A DNA stretch of 63,670 nt, filler included, from Octopus bimaculoides (taxonomy: Eukaryota), in NCBI RefSeq assembly GCF_001194135.2. It is 3 parts of 3 records of this genome, joined end to end, with 100 filler letters (N's around TTAATTAATTAA, not from the genome) between each part and the next. Parts side by side here need not be neighbours in the genome. Positions count along the whole stretch, not along the records: positions 31,552 to 61,632 come from NC_068984.1; positions 61,733 to 63,670 come from NC_068982.1; 1 more part is not named here. One strand, 5' to 3'. Shown in pieces: positions 49,001 to 61,829 of the stretch (position 1 is the first letter of the stretch; every line of letters starts with the position of its first letter). The position numbers and the translations under genes were made by a program. A model generated the notes under the pieces. That model was given only the letters and a program-made list of their open reading frames with translations, had not been told where the DNA came from and made no database searches.

Positions 49001-50858
49001 AACAATTCCTAGCAATTTCCCTACTGACCAGAATAATATGCTATGGAACAAACGTAATATTCCACTATATAGCAGCTCTTGTTACAATGATTACAATGCT
49101 GACCGCTGGACTGTAGAAATAGGTACCCATAACAGTGACCAGGTGTATCAACAGTCAAAAGGTTCTCATTTCCAGAATGACCACTTGAAGTGTTACAACT
49201 CAGAGAAGCCTGATTCCAAAAATAGCTGCCTATTGCCTTCTCGATCTGAAGACTCTATACAAAGTCTACAAAACATTGACAATTATGGCCCTATGTTACT
49301 CCCTCCCCCTTACAGTAGCCCTAAATCAAACTTATCCTTCAAAGGTTATGACAGGCAGTACCCTTATTCTAACAGGTTCAACAACCATTGCCCATACATG
49401 TTTGACCAACACTGTCCAACAATACCAAATTATAACAGTGAAGATGGTGATCACATGCCTTTTAATAGTTCTGACGAGAAAAGTTTGAATAGCAAAACTT
49501 TCAATCAATCAAGTAATCCAAGCTTCACTCATAAAAATTTCCATGATTTCTCAAAGAGCATGTCTACATTAGAATTTGATAACAGAAGTACAAGTTTTCC
49601 TCGACGTTCTACCAATGCAGGAACTTATAACTCCAGTCAGTCTTTAGATTTGCACCCTAGATATGAAAACAATCCCCCAATATTTGGGGCTTCTACAAAT
49701 GAAAGATTATTCAAGCCCCTTCAGAAGGCAAACTATGTGTACAATTGTTCCAGCCGTTCTTCAAGTCTGGCAAGATATCCCAGTAATGTTACACAAATGT
49801 CTGATTCTGATACCTCATATTCTAACATCTTGGATAGTAGTTGCTATACAGGTTTCAGAAGTAACAAAGTGCCTTATCTAAACTTACCATGTGGTCCGAA
49901 TCGGTTTGGCTTGCAAGAAATTCCTTTCTCTTTCCAAAGTTTTCCTCCTTTTGGTACCCGCACCTCCAGATCTGGTCTTAACAATCACTTCGGTAAGAAA
50001 CAAATTCTTTATGACTTCACTAAACCATTTTCTAACCAGTTTTTCTCTCTTGGAATGGTCTCAAATATGATGGATGAAAATTCTTTGAAGACCAAAGAAT
50101 TACTGAGTGGACCAGTAAAGGGTTCAGACAGTGTATGCTCACACAGAATTCCCCAAATGGATAACCATTTTTGTTATAAATTTCCATTTGATGATGATAT
50201 CTTGTCTAGGAATTCTTCAAGTAGGTATAAAGGCTGTTTAAAGAAAATACCTTCTGATATATCATTAGAACATGAACCTATTCAGATTCCATCTAGGCAA
50301 GAGGTATCTAAGTCATCTGTAACACCTGGGAATGGTAAACACTGTCATGCAGTGATGCAGCAGCTAAATCCTAAACAAACTTTCCCATTGACATATTCTG
50401 TTGGTTCTTTGTCTTTGTTGGATTTTGAAATATTCAGAGTAGAAGAAAAAGTAACTTTTGAAAGACCCAAATTGGAAAGCCTGTCTATTATGAGAGGACA
50501 GAAAACCCATTCTTTCACTGATGTGTCTTGTAGTTTTGATGCCCTTGATGGTCAAGCTGGTGGAAGCAGCTGTGATATTCCTATGGTAGATGTTCAAGCA
50601 CTTGCAGTACCACCATGCACAATAGAAGATGTAACTTACCCATGTCTTTGTGATAAGGTTAATGTTAATGATGCTACTACAGCTTCTCAAGTCAAAGTAA
50701 TACCTTTAGAAGAATCAGGTTTGTTCACACAAGAATTTGAAATAGCTCCACCCAAAGACGAATATATGTCCATCCTACATGGTTGTGCTACCAAGTCCAA
50801 TCAAGATGTGTTTCTACATGAAGGTCTAAGTGTCAGCAAAGGTAATTATGGATTTTAA
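46045..50858 (+). CDS. 4.8-kb terminal coding exon, about 1600 aa, S/D/N/Y-rich, probably disordered, with a decapeptide repeat array; host possibly a giant ankyrin
   Basis: Uninterrupted 1609-codon ORF in AT-rich DNA; in-frame TGA immediately before the listed ATG (46026-46028), so the phase-1 acceptor gtgattttccag| at 46044 is the likelier entry; stop TAA at 50856-50858. Confidence 0.88.
47442..48452 (+). repeat. 30-bp coding tandem repeat, about 34 units, consensus D-S/T-Y-D-S-R-R-M-T-A
   Basis: Core unit atgacagctgattcatatgactctcgtaga; near-identical at 47620-47990, degenerate on both flanks, frame preserved throughout. Confidence 0.97.
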
Positions 50859-52904
50859 GCTGTAGTACCTCACCAAACCATTGACAGAAACCATAAAACA
50901 TTACAAAGAACACCCAAGCCACTTGCTAATATTCATATCCATAAATGTAGAAAAATAACTCATTCTTTGCAAGTGCTTTAGATGTACTGCTACAGAATTC
51001 AGGTAATTAAATGTCTTGCTCAAGTAGGGTTATAATCATAGCATCAATGTTCTGATATTTTGTACAAAATATTTGGCCACTACCTCATGCATCTGACATC
51101 AATAGTATCATGAAGACATTTTTTGGATAACTGCTTATGATGTGGGTTACATCTTCAGTATTAATTTCACAGTCTGTGTCAGTTATCACATCATAATCTT
51201 TTACTTGCATCCCAATTGTTTTTCTGCATCAAGAATTTTCTTATTTCTTGTTCTTGGATTGACTGCAGATGCATATTCTTCAAAGTGAAATCTAACTTGC
51301 CAGATGTTGGCCCAAGATTAACTACTTTTGTTATCTACATTACTGTCACTCTAACATTTTCTGACTTCATAGCTGTACATCACCTTTTGCATATTAGCAA
51401 AAAGCCTTTTCTTTGATGGTCTATTGTGATACAGCTGCACAACTTCTGATATGTAGCCTTGATCATCAATCAAGAAATGCTTTACAAGCAACTCCTTTCC
51501 AATTTTCATGTTGCTATTTGCCTCGTGGATATACACTTGTTCCATTGATGCACTTCAACCCTTGGTGCTTAATAGATAGTGTCAAAGATTTATGATGTAA
51601 CATTCTAAGGCTGTTTTAATAGATGTTAAGCCTCTAACTCCTTATTTCCCTATTAGGTAGTATCAGTCAGTATCAGTATTAATGCGAAATGCCTGGTATA
51701 TGTTGTTCATTTTCTGGGGTTAACATCAAATCCCCAGATCTCATCAAGCATCCAAATGATTGTCTCAAATGCTGGTATTGGTACTGAAACAACACACATT
51801 GTGGAGAACTGATTTATTCTATTCAGGGAGCTCTAAAGATCATATTTTTTAACTGGGTATTTTATTTCCTTGTTACACATCCTTTGTAACACATGCTATC
51901 ATAAGTATGTATTTTCAACCATCCCTAGGTACCTGTAACATAGCTTATCAGATACCATTGAATAGTTAGACCGTTGACAAATGTTGCTAGATTGGAATGT
52001 AGTTTGCTCTTCTTTTACAGTAAGATAGGAATATTTATTCTACTCCAATTTTTTTTTTATATATCAGTCAAGAACGTCATAACATGGTCAAGGCTCTTCT
52101 TCATACCATTCATAATTGTATGAATGAACATATGTATGAGTGTGTGTGTATATATGTATGTATAGGTATGTATGGGTGTGGATGCTTGATGACTGTATCC
52201 ATTGTATGTGTAGATAAATGTATATGTATATTTATACATGTGTGTGTGTATGCCTCACCTTTTTGAATATACCTCAGTATCATAAATTTCTAATTATACT
52301 TTAAATGCACCCCATTATCATTTTCTTATTGCACCCTTACCTTCGAAAATTTACCCAGATTATAATCTTCTCACTCAACTTCAACTTCAACTTCAACCTT
52401 ATCATATTTTTGCCTCAGTCATCAAATTTGTATGGTACTCCACTTTCATTAATATAACTCTATTTCATATATATACTCCATCTCTATACTGATATCAACC
52501 CTAACCTCTGCATACAAATCCATCACATTATACATACCCACATGAATGGAACAGACGTATAATAGGATGGATTTGCATGAGTGTATGTGTGTGTGTGAAA
52601 ATGAGAAAAGTATTGTTTTGTGTGTTTTTTTGAGTGCAGCAAGAGACAGCTCTGCTGTGTTTATGTGTATATGTGTATGTATGTGTCCAGTGAACAGCAG
52701 AGAGAGAGAGAGAGAGGTGTGTCTCACAAAATTAGATTATGCAAAAATTGTATACTTGTTGTCAGTTAAGTCAGGTGTTCAAAGTTTCAATTGTATTAGG
52801 TTCACAAGATCTAAACTAATCTATTCTCTGAGTATTTTGTTGCTATAATCTAACATTCATGGTTTCTGTGCAGATGTTATTAAAAACATATATAATTACA
52901 ACAG

Positions 52905-53885
52905 AGTAAGTTGATCAAAAATTTCAAGGCAGGTATAAACTGTTAGTTAGTACCTCATTGGAGCTCCTTTGGCAATAATGCCTGACTGAATACTTCATAG
53001 CATAGGTGAAAGTAACCTTTGACTCCATTTGATTACTGTGATGTGAGTTAGCAATCTTTTTAACCATACACCATAGATTCTCTATGATATTTAGGCCAGG
53101 TGACTTACTTGGCTGAGTAAATACATTGAAGGGATGATCAACAAAAGAAACAGTAGTCATTTGGGCACTGTATATAGGTACCATATCCTAATGGAACAGA
53201 AATCCACATCACCAAATAGCCTGCTGGTCGATGGAAGCTTGAAGTGTTCCAAGATATTTTAGTTGATTGCTACATTGACTGTAACTCTGCGGAAATACAG
53301 TGATTTAGTTCTTGCACGTGACATGTCTGTGATAACTTGAAGCTGGACTTCAAACAGTTGGGTTCTGTGCTTCTCCAGCCCTCCTCTTAGCTCTGTAGCC
53401 GTTGTTTCCAAATAAGATACAAAAGTTACTCTCATCGAGGAAACAACACTTTGTACCACTACTAAACACTCCATACCTACTTTTCTTTGGGCCCAAATCA
53501 ACTAACTGCCTCTGATACTATTTATTGTTGAATTGAGGCTTAGTGTTGGCTACCATGCAAATGTTCTCCATCTCTTGAAGCCATCTTGTGTCAGGAGTCC
53601 CTTAATGTTCTAATTCTCCACCCTTATAGATCTCCTGCACATTGTCTAATAGGCTCTTTTCCATGGTTCTCTCAAGGCTGCAGTTGTTCCACTTGATGGG
53701 GCTCCTCTTTCTACCACACTTTGTTCATTCAGATGATATTTCAATGAAATGTTTGATACAGAACTCTGAGAACGGCCAGTTTTTTCAGTGATAACCATCT
53801 GCGTCTTCTCCTCTTTGTAGAAAGTGTCAATGGTGGCCTTTTGGATGACTATTAAATCAGAAGACTTGCCCATGACTGCACCAAC
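52905..53885 (-). mobile_element. Decayed Tc1-family transposon
   Basis: MGKSSDLIVIQKATIDTFYKEEKTQMVITEKTGRSQSSVS (ATG 53873), VLF-DESNFCILFGNNG...AGEAQNPNCLKSS, PSKSPGLNIIENLW, IAKGAPMRY*; frameshifted. Confidence 0.88.
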
Positions 53886-56073
53886 AGCATTTACTGCAAA
53901 ATATATGGCAAGGCTAGTTAAGAAGTTTGCTTCTGAACTACATGGTTTTGGGTTCAGTCCCATTGCATGGTATCCTCGGCAAGTATCTTCTACCATAGTG
54001 CAAAGTTAACGAAAACTTGAAAGTAGTCATAAATTGAAAGACGCCCATTATATATACACACATACACACACAGATATGTGTATATGTGTGCTTGCTCACA
54101 CTTGCACTTCTCCAAAACTCATTTAGCCGACATTGTTGCCATTTACTGTCAACAAGTCGGCGACTGACTTTTCACCCTCAAAAATGTGTGCATTAAGGGA
54201 AGATCTTTTACATAAGAAGCTGGTATGGGTTAGTGACAGAAAGCACATCCAACTATAAAAAGAATACCTCAATAATATGTCTTGTATTGGAAAACAGAAC
54301 AGACATAAAGACAAACAAGCAGAGTGAACACACAAACACATGCACAAATACACATACATGTACAAACACACACACACACACACACATGCACAAGCATATA
54401 CATACCCAAACACATACTTGCCCAAACACATACTTGCCCCACATCTCTTATGCATAAGAACTATAAACTTTTTTGAATAGTCATTGATATTCTAATTTTC
54501 TGAGATACACATGGGTATGTAAGTACACAGCAAGACACAAATGCAGTCTGGAGTTGAAGGTATGAAAGTAACTTTTGTGTTTGAATTGTGGTGGTCATAG
54601 TGTTGTTAATGGTGGTGGTGGTGGTGGTAGCAGCTCCAGCAGTAGTAGTAGTAGTAATAATGACAGCACCAATACTAGTAGTGATATCAGCACCAGTATC
54701 TATTGTACTTGAAAAGGACCCTTGTCAGTCATCCTGTCCTCTTTGGTGAAGTGGACATGCTTTACAAAGATTTACTGTTCAAACACCTGTAACAAGTTTA
54801 CTCAATGTGTTATTCTCTAGGCACAGATATAAGAAAGGGATGAAAGCCATTTCATGCAGAGTACAGGGGAAAAGGAATGAGTCTGTTCGACTGGTCACTA
54901 CATAAGAACTGAAATATATTTAAATAAAATGTGTTTTGATTTTTCTGTTGTTGGCATTACCATGTCATTTAAATAGATGCTTCAATTCATTGTTATAGTG
55001 TTTCAATGCCAAAATATTGATAGACTTTCCTTTATTAAGCAGCTTCTGTCAAGCACATGTAGTTCATCTTCAAAGAAGACTGAATGCCTATTGGGCTTCA
55101 AAGAAAGCTCAGTAGGCATTTAGTCTGTTGACTCCTTAGCCTCCTTGTTGATTTTTTTCTCATTAGTTCTAAATAATTATGGATTTACTTCACGTCCTAC
55201 ATTCCGCATCAAGTCCTTCTGGTTTGTAAGAGTTACATTTGTATTTATATCCACCAGTATTTGCTGCAAAATATTGTTATATACTGAAGCTTGTTCTTGT
55301 ATGGTTAGGATTCATGCTTTTTGTGGATAGGAAACTAGCTTGTTGAATACTTTAACAATATGGATGAATGCTTTCAGGGAAATTCTTGTACTGCTTTTCA
55401 AAATATTACAGTAGTGTTTCGCTTATTTAGACTTATTTGTATGTACATGAATTTGGCAATACAATACAATATCCTTTTGTCCTAAATGTACAATAATTAT
55501 CCCTTTGTCTCAAGTGCCCTACAATGCATCTTTGTCCTCAGGGTACAGCAATACAATTTGCATTTACCCATAACAGCTTTGCCAGAAATACATTTCATCA
55601 CCTATCAATCAGTTATTTAGTATGATTACATGCAAATTATGTAGAAATACAAGTGGACAGCATTAATATGAAGGGTCCATACCATAGCATGGTCTGTAAC
55701 ATGGGGAGGAATTGTATTGAAGCAAGGATCTAACCAACAGCACTGGCTAGTGATTGTAGGATAAACATTTCTCTGGATCAGATCCTAACAAACAGCACCA
55801 GACTGGAATGATTTTTTGATGAATCAGATAGAGCTTAGACAGCTAGGACTCTGCTAAGCCAAAGATTATAACCACACATCTCATGTCAACAAAATCTCTT
55901 GGTCTCTGCCTCTCAGATATTCCAATTTTAGCAATGGTTTATTACAAAGAATTTCATGGCTGTTTTATTTATANNNNNNNNNNNNNNNNNNNNNNNNNNN
56001 NNNNNNNNNNNNNNNNNNNNNNNNNNNNNNNNNNNNNNNNNNNNNNNNNNNNNNNNNNNNNNNNNNNNNNNNN

Positions 56074-56113
<40 letters not shown>

Positions 56114-57865
56114 GAGAGAGAGAAAGAAAGAAAGAAAGAAATGTGTGTATGAATTTAGTGATGACCAAATGTAGTTTCTGTGTATCAATATCTTGTTTGC
56201 ATATTTATTTAATGTTAAACCCAATTTGTCCTTAGAGTCAAGTTTCTAATATGGTAACAAAAAGAAATACAAATCTTCCCATGAAGTACATTGCTAGTCT
56301 AGTATTGATAATTTCTCTTGAAAGATTTGCTAACTGTTCTTAAACTAGGAACACTAAAGTATGTTGAATTAAATATTTTGCTCTCTCTTAAATAGAGGAC
56401 ATAAGATATCTAAAGCTGTCATACAATTTATTGGCTTGTTGGGTATCACTGAATTTTTTGTCTTCTTGTACTGTAACTAATATAAATGCCAGTTTAGGGA
56501 ATAACATTATGCTCAAAGTTACACCATTGATAGGATTTGAAATTGGCAGTGTTAACAAAATGCTTGCCCGTTGCTCACTGATCCTAGAGTGTACAGTATT
56601 TCACTTTCAACAAGAATTAAGTGTTATGGTCGTAGATCTAGCATAGTATTAATTATAGAATCTGAACTATCAGTAAATTGAGGGTTAGTACAAAAATTGT
56701 TTTTTAATAGTTATTGTACCATTTAAGTGAAAATGCCAAGATGTAATTCACTGCCATGTCATATTGGCATTCAGTCTAAAATAAGGAGGACATCATCATA
56801 TGTTGTACTTCTTCAGAAAGATTTACAGAATTAATATGAAGCTGACAGAAAACTTTGTTTTCTAGTGTGGTAGTTTTTTCTGATAAGGTCAACAATCAGA
56901 AAACAATGTTTGTCATTACTGGTGATAAACCATCTCAGATTCAGACATATAATTTATCTTTAATCTGACACTGCATAAGTTTTGTAAAGTGAAACAAGGC
57001 ATTTCTAATATTCAGTTGATTGTTACCAGTCATGTTTTGATGCCAATCAGTCTAGCTCTTCCAAATTTATAGATCAGCCTACCTTCCTGTCTTTGATTTA
57101 GACATCATGTATCTAAGACTAAGTAATCTAATGTGTCATTCCTTTTTTTTTTAAGGATGCTTCTAAGATATGATTTGAGAAAGCTATGGTTACCATTTCT
57201 AGCAAGTCAGGTAGAAATGACAGCCATAGAGACTCTTGTCTTTGGTTCATGTTTTGCTGATAAGGTCCCTGATTCAGCAATTTTCCATTAGAGTTACAGT
57301 AAGGAAACTGGAGATCAAATGAATTCAATTAAATTTCTTCAGGGTCTTTTTTAATAATTTCACTCTTTTAGCTACATTCCTTTTGTTTCTAAATTGTGGG
57401 ACCAGCATTTGAAACAATAATAAATAATAGGCAGTTTATTTAGGTAGGCTCATTGCTGATTTGTAATTTTGTCACTTAATATCTCATAGATATATCTTAT
57501 CTATTGCTGACTATCTAATGGCATCAAACTTCACAATACCTTGGCATAATTAATCATCCTATCTTTTTATACATCTAGAACTACATTATTCAGTTGGTTC
57601 TTCAACTTCTGTTTAAAACAATAATATGTGGTCTGAGGGCAAGATGGCTGCTATTTCTAGCTTCTCAAGTTACTACTGGACAGCTTTTTGGTTAACTCCT
57701 ATTTTAACATAGTTCTGGCCTGTGTCAATGACAGAGTTGGGATGGGCAGGCTGATGTGAAGATATATAAAGTTGTAAGCTTATCTCTCATTCAAACTCAT
57801 GAACACAAGACAAAGATCAAAACATGAAAAAACCCCAGTGGGAAATATTAGAAAATGAGACTGTG

Positions 57866-57897
<32 letters not shown>

Positions 57898-58363
57898 AGC
57901 AGTGTCTAGCCATAATATTTACAGAACACAACATACACATTCACACACACTTATATAAATATTAGACATAGATGATGTAGTCATGTATATTTACTTACAT
58001 AAAACTCTAAAACATGTATTAAGTACTTTCTCTTCGATTTGTACATCATAAATGTACATTAAAATAACATTGTAGAGTGTGTGTGTGTGTGAGTGATATG
58101 TAAGGTAAACATGATTACATATCCAAACTAAGGTTTAGTTCATTTGACCTTTTAGTTGACTGCACATGTCAGTAGACTGAGAGCTGAAAAGAACAACAGA
58201 AGAAACTTTGGTGTTTGTATATGTAACCTGTGTGCCTAACATTTGATAAATACATGTCTGACTCTATATACTTATAACACAGGGATATATTGAGCACTCA
58301 CATGACTGTGTACCACAAAATGTATGAATGTGTGTGTGTGTATGAATAGCTGTTGCTTATATG

Positions 58364-58899
58364 CAGTGTGTCCCCAAAAAACTGACATCATTTTGTTGTC
58401 TAATAACATAGCGACTTCTTGCTCAAATGATCTCAAATTTTAACAAAATGTGTAAAATCTAAGTTCGGATTGGGCATACCAGTGATAAGGACAATGTGCT
58501 GTTGAAGTGGCCCCCACATCCACCTGACTTGATACCTTGTGATTTTTTTCTATGGGGCTATACAAAAGGACTGGTCTATATCTCATCTCTTCCTACATGC
58601 CTAGAGGAACTCAAGTAGAAAATCACTGAGGTGCTAGAGAATGTTACACAAGACATGCTACAGCATGTTTGGCAGGAGCTGGACTACCGACTTGATTTGT
58701 GTTATGTCACAGGCGGTGCACATATTGAACATTTGTGAAATCAGTTAGAAGATCTACATCCCTCTAAATTTCTTGTTCAAATTTCGATAATTAAATCTTT
58801 TATTGTTCAACATGAAGCCTATTGAATTTCGTTTACTTTGGACTTGTAATTACTCAGATATTAACATTTCAAATGATGTCAATTTTGGAGGACACCCTG
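58364..58899 (+). mobile_element. Internally deleted Tc1/mariner element with both TIRs
   Basis: cagtgtgtccccaaaaaactgacatcatt versus reverse complement of aatgatgtcaattttggaggacaccctg; TA on the right; residual WPPHPPDL.PCDFFLWGY.K...ELDYRLD...GGAHIEHL*. Confidence 0.88.
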
Positions 58900-59702
58900 T
58901 ATATTATAGGCTAATATCATTGGATAATTACTATCTATATGTATAAATGATATAACAACCACCAGTAATGTTGCAGTGTTCTGCAAAAAATAGTAAAGAA
59001 ATTATCACTGACCATACACAGAGACCAGTGAATGGCATTAGATACATTGATGGAAGCTACTCTCCACTGAGACAGATGACTTCCTGTTAGCAATCAGGGT
59101 GGAAAAATGGGATGAGGTGAATTAAGAAATTTGTTGAGGATTCTTCAGTCTGTTTAGGAAAACTGAAGTTGCTTCTTTCCAACTCTGTTGCACCACTTCT
59201 TTTCACACTTATTTATTGCTATTCTAACTTCTCATCATTCTTCTCAATGTGATCTAACACTTTCTCAATTATGCAATCTCTATATGCAAACTAATGATCT
59301 CTTATTGCTCAACTTTGGTTGTTTTCTGTATTTCCAACTTATTACTCAGCAAATGTAGTTAAATTATATTTTGTTTTGTTTACAGTTTCCCATTATGCAT
59401 ATACACTGATATGTGTGTATGTTGGCAAATTTTATTTTGTGTGCATGGGTGTATGTATGTATGTATGTATGTATGTGTGTGTATATATACACACACATAC
59501 ATACAAAGCATTCACCCATGATCCATAAATCACATACATCCTTGATATCTGGTGGTATTTATGTGTCTTCTATTGTCCATCCATTACAGTGTCTTTCTCA
59601 CTTCAACTCTGATTAGCTTATCTCTCTGGTCTCTTTCGGTTTGGATTATTGGCTTATCATTTTTCAGCCATTAGTAACCTTTCAGTAATTTTTGCTTTAC
59701 AG

Positions 59703-61632
59703 GCCGTTGGAAACGTGCCAATGCTATGAAAAAAAGAAAACACAAAAAAAAATCACCCAGTGGTGCACAGATAGAACGTGAGGCTGCGAGAGTAAAATCC
59801 CCTGGAGTAGAGAATAAGGTAGGAGGTGAAGTTTTCAATACCCCTCCTACAGAAAAGACTGATGTGGAAGAATATGAAAAGGTTTTGGAGGATGGTACTG
59901 TGTACCATGTTAAACGAATCCGAACACATTCACTGTCTCGTGTTCAGAGAAAAATTGTTTTAGAAGATGGTACTGAAAAAATGGTTGAGGAAAACATTGA
60001 TATACCTGGAACAGAGAGTATTGACAGTATTGAGACTTTTGAACAGCCACCTCATTCTATAAGTGTGATTGAAAAAGTAACAGAAGAACTTCCTTCTGGT
60101 AAGGTGGTAGAGCGCAAGGTGCAGAATGTTCGAATGGTGCACAATATCAAGACAAAGCACAAACACATTGACCCAGACCAGACTATCAAATTTCAGGAAT
60201 ATGAAATCAATGAGGTTATTCCTGGTACAGAAACTTGCTTTTACATTGATGATGAGTCTACAAGAGTGACTGATGATGAGTCTACAAGAGTGACTGATGA
60301 TGAGTCTACAAGAGTGACTGATGATGAGTCTACAAGAGTGACTGATGATGAGAGTGAGGCTACCAATAGAACTACTCAGAAGCCTCAGATACCTGTTGAC
60401 AAAAATCTATATCGTGTAGATTTACCATTTGAGCTGGAACGCTTTTACCATGTTGATCAAGATAGGCAGCAAAAAGAACATAGTCCTCTTAACCATGTTA
60501 AAGTAACTGATGGTCAAATGGTCCAAGGAACTGTTGAATTGCATACTGATCAATATAACCAGGAAAAGATTGAGAAACCAACCACCAAAGATATCAGACG
60601 TATTGAGCTATCACATGAAGATCCATTCCAAGATAATAATATCAAATCTGATCAAGTTGACAACCTACCTCTTGAAACAGTCATGCGTAAAGATATTCAA
60701 AATGTTGAAATGTCAGTTGGTCAAGATCGTGTTCATTTGTCAGTGGATTCAGATGATGTACATAAAGATCTAACAGCTGCTCAAAATGTCAGACGATCTG
60801 TAGGTGGAGGTGTTTATCATGTTGACCAGCCTGTTGCTCTGGAAACTTTGCACCGTGTTGAGAAACCTCCCTTTCAAAATGGAGAATATCCTGTCAATCA
60901 ATCAGTTGATAGCATTGAACCAGTTGATGCCAACATTTCTTATAGTCAACAGATTCCATCTGATCAAGATTATAACATTGGAAATCTATCTGCTCCAGAT
61001 ATTCCACATGTGGAAATGTCAAAAGGTGAAGATACTTTTGAATATCGTGATCTGCCACAAACTGGTGAAGAGCTGCCAGTTACTAAAGTTACCAAACCGA
61101 CTGGTCCATTTGGTGTCTACCATGTTGATCTTCCTGTAGATCTAGAACAATTACATCGTGTTGACCCACCTTCTCGTCCAGTCAGCTCTCAAGATATTGA
61201 CAAATCACTTACCGAAGCTGACATCCCATCAACTGAAGGCTTCTCGGAAGGTATTGAACACAGTATTGGAGAATATCATACCACACCTGTTGATGTTGTT
61301 CGTGGTCAAGGTCACCAGCTACCTGTAGAGCCACTCACTCGTAAAGATATTCATGTTGTTGAGTCATCTGTTGATCACATTGATCAACAAGTCCCTCTTC
61401 CTCATGCTCAAAATGTCAGACGATCTGTAGGTGGAGGTGTTTATCATGTTGACCAGCCTGTTGCTCTGGAAACTTTGCACCGTGTTGAGAAACCTTCTTT
61501 TCAAAATGGAGAGTATCCTGTCAATCAATCAGTTGACAGCATTGAACCAGTTGATGCCAACATTTCTTATAGTCAACAAATTCCGTCTGATCAAGATTAT
61601 AACATTGGAAATCTATCTACTCCAGATATTCA
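59703..61632 (+). CDS. Large coding exon (at least 1.9 kb, truncated by gap), internally repetitive; possible ankyrin C-terminal or giant exon
   Basis: Acceptor taatttttgctttacag|, phase-1 entry, (G)RWKRANAMKKRKHKKK; open to the gap; DVEEYEKVLEDGTVYHVKRIRTHSLSRVQRK and VTEELPSGKVVERKV resemble ankyrin tail motifs (from memory, unverified). Confidence 0.85.
60248..60355 (+). repeat. 24-bp coding tandem repeat (DDESTRVT) x4 plus partial
   Basis: gatgatgagtctacaagagtgact repeated identically four times. Confidence 0.97.
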
Positions 61633-61732
61633 NNNNNNNNNNNNNNNNNNNNNNNNNNNNNNNNNNNNNNNNNNNNTTAATTAATTAANNNNNNNNNNNN
61701 NNNNNNNNNNNNNNNNNNNNNNNNNNNNNNNN
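61633..61732. other. Artificial 100-nt scaffold spacer
   Basis: Same N44-TTAATTAATTAA-N44 construct as 31452-31551. Confidence 0.92.
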
Positions 61733-61770
<38 letters not shown>

Positions 61771-61829
61771 GCGGCGTACGTACACCTTGTCTCTTATATG
61801 TAAGTATACATTTTTCTAAATCTTGAATG

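Noticed and set aside
56400-57400. Possible ancient LINE RT relic
   Set aside because: Only faint motif resemblance across frameshifts; cannot be supported by eye.
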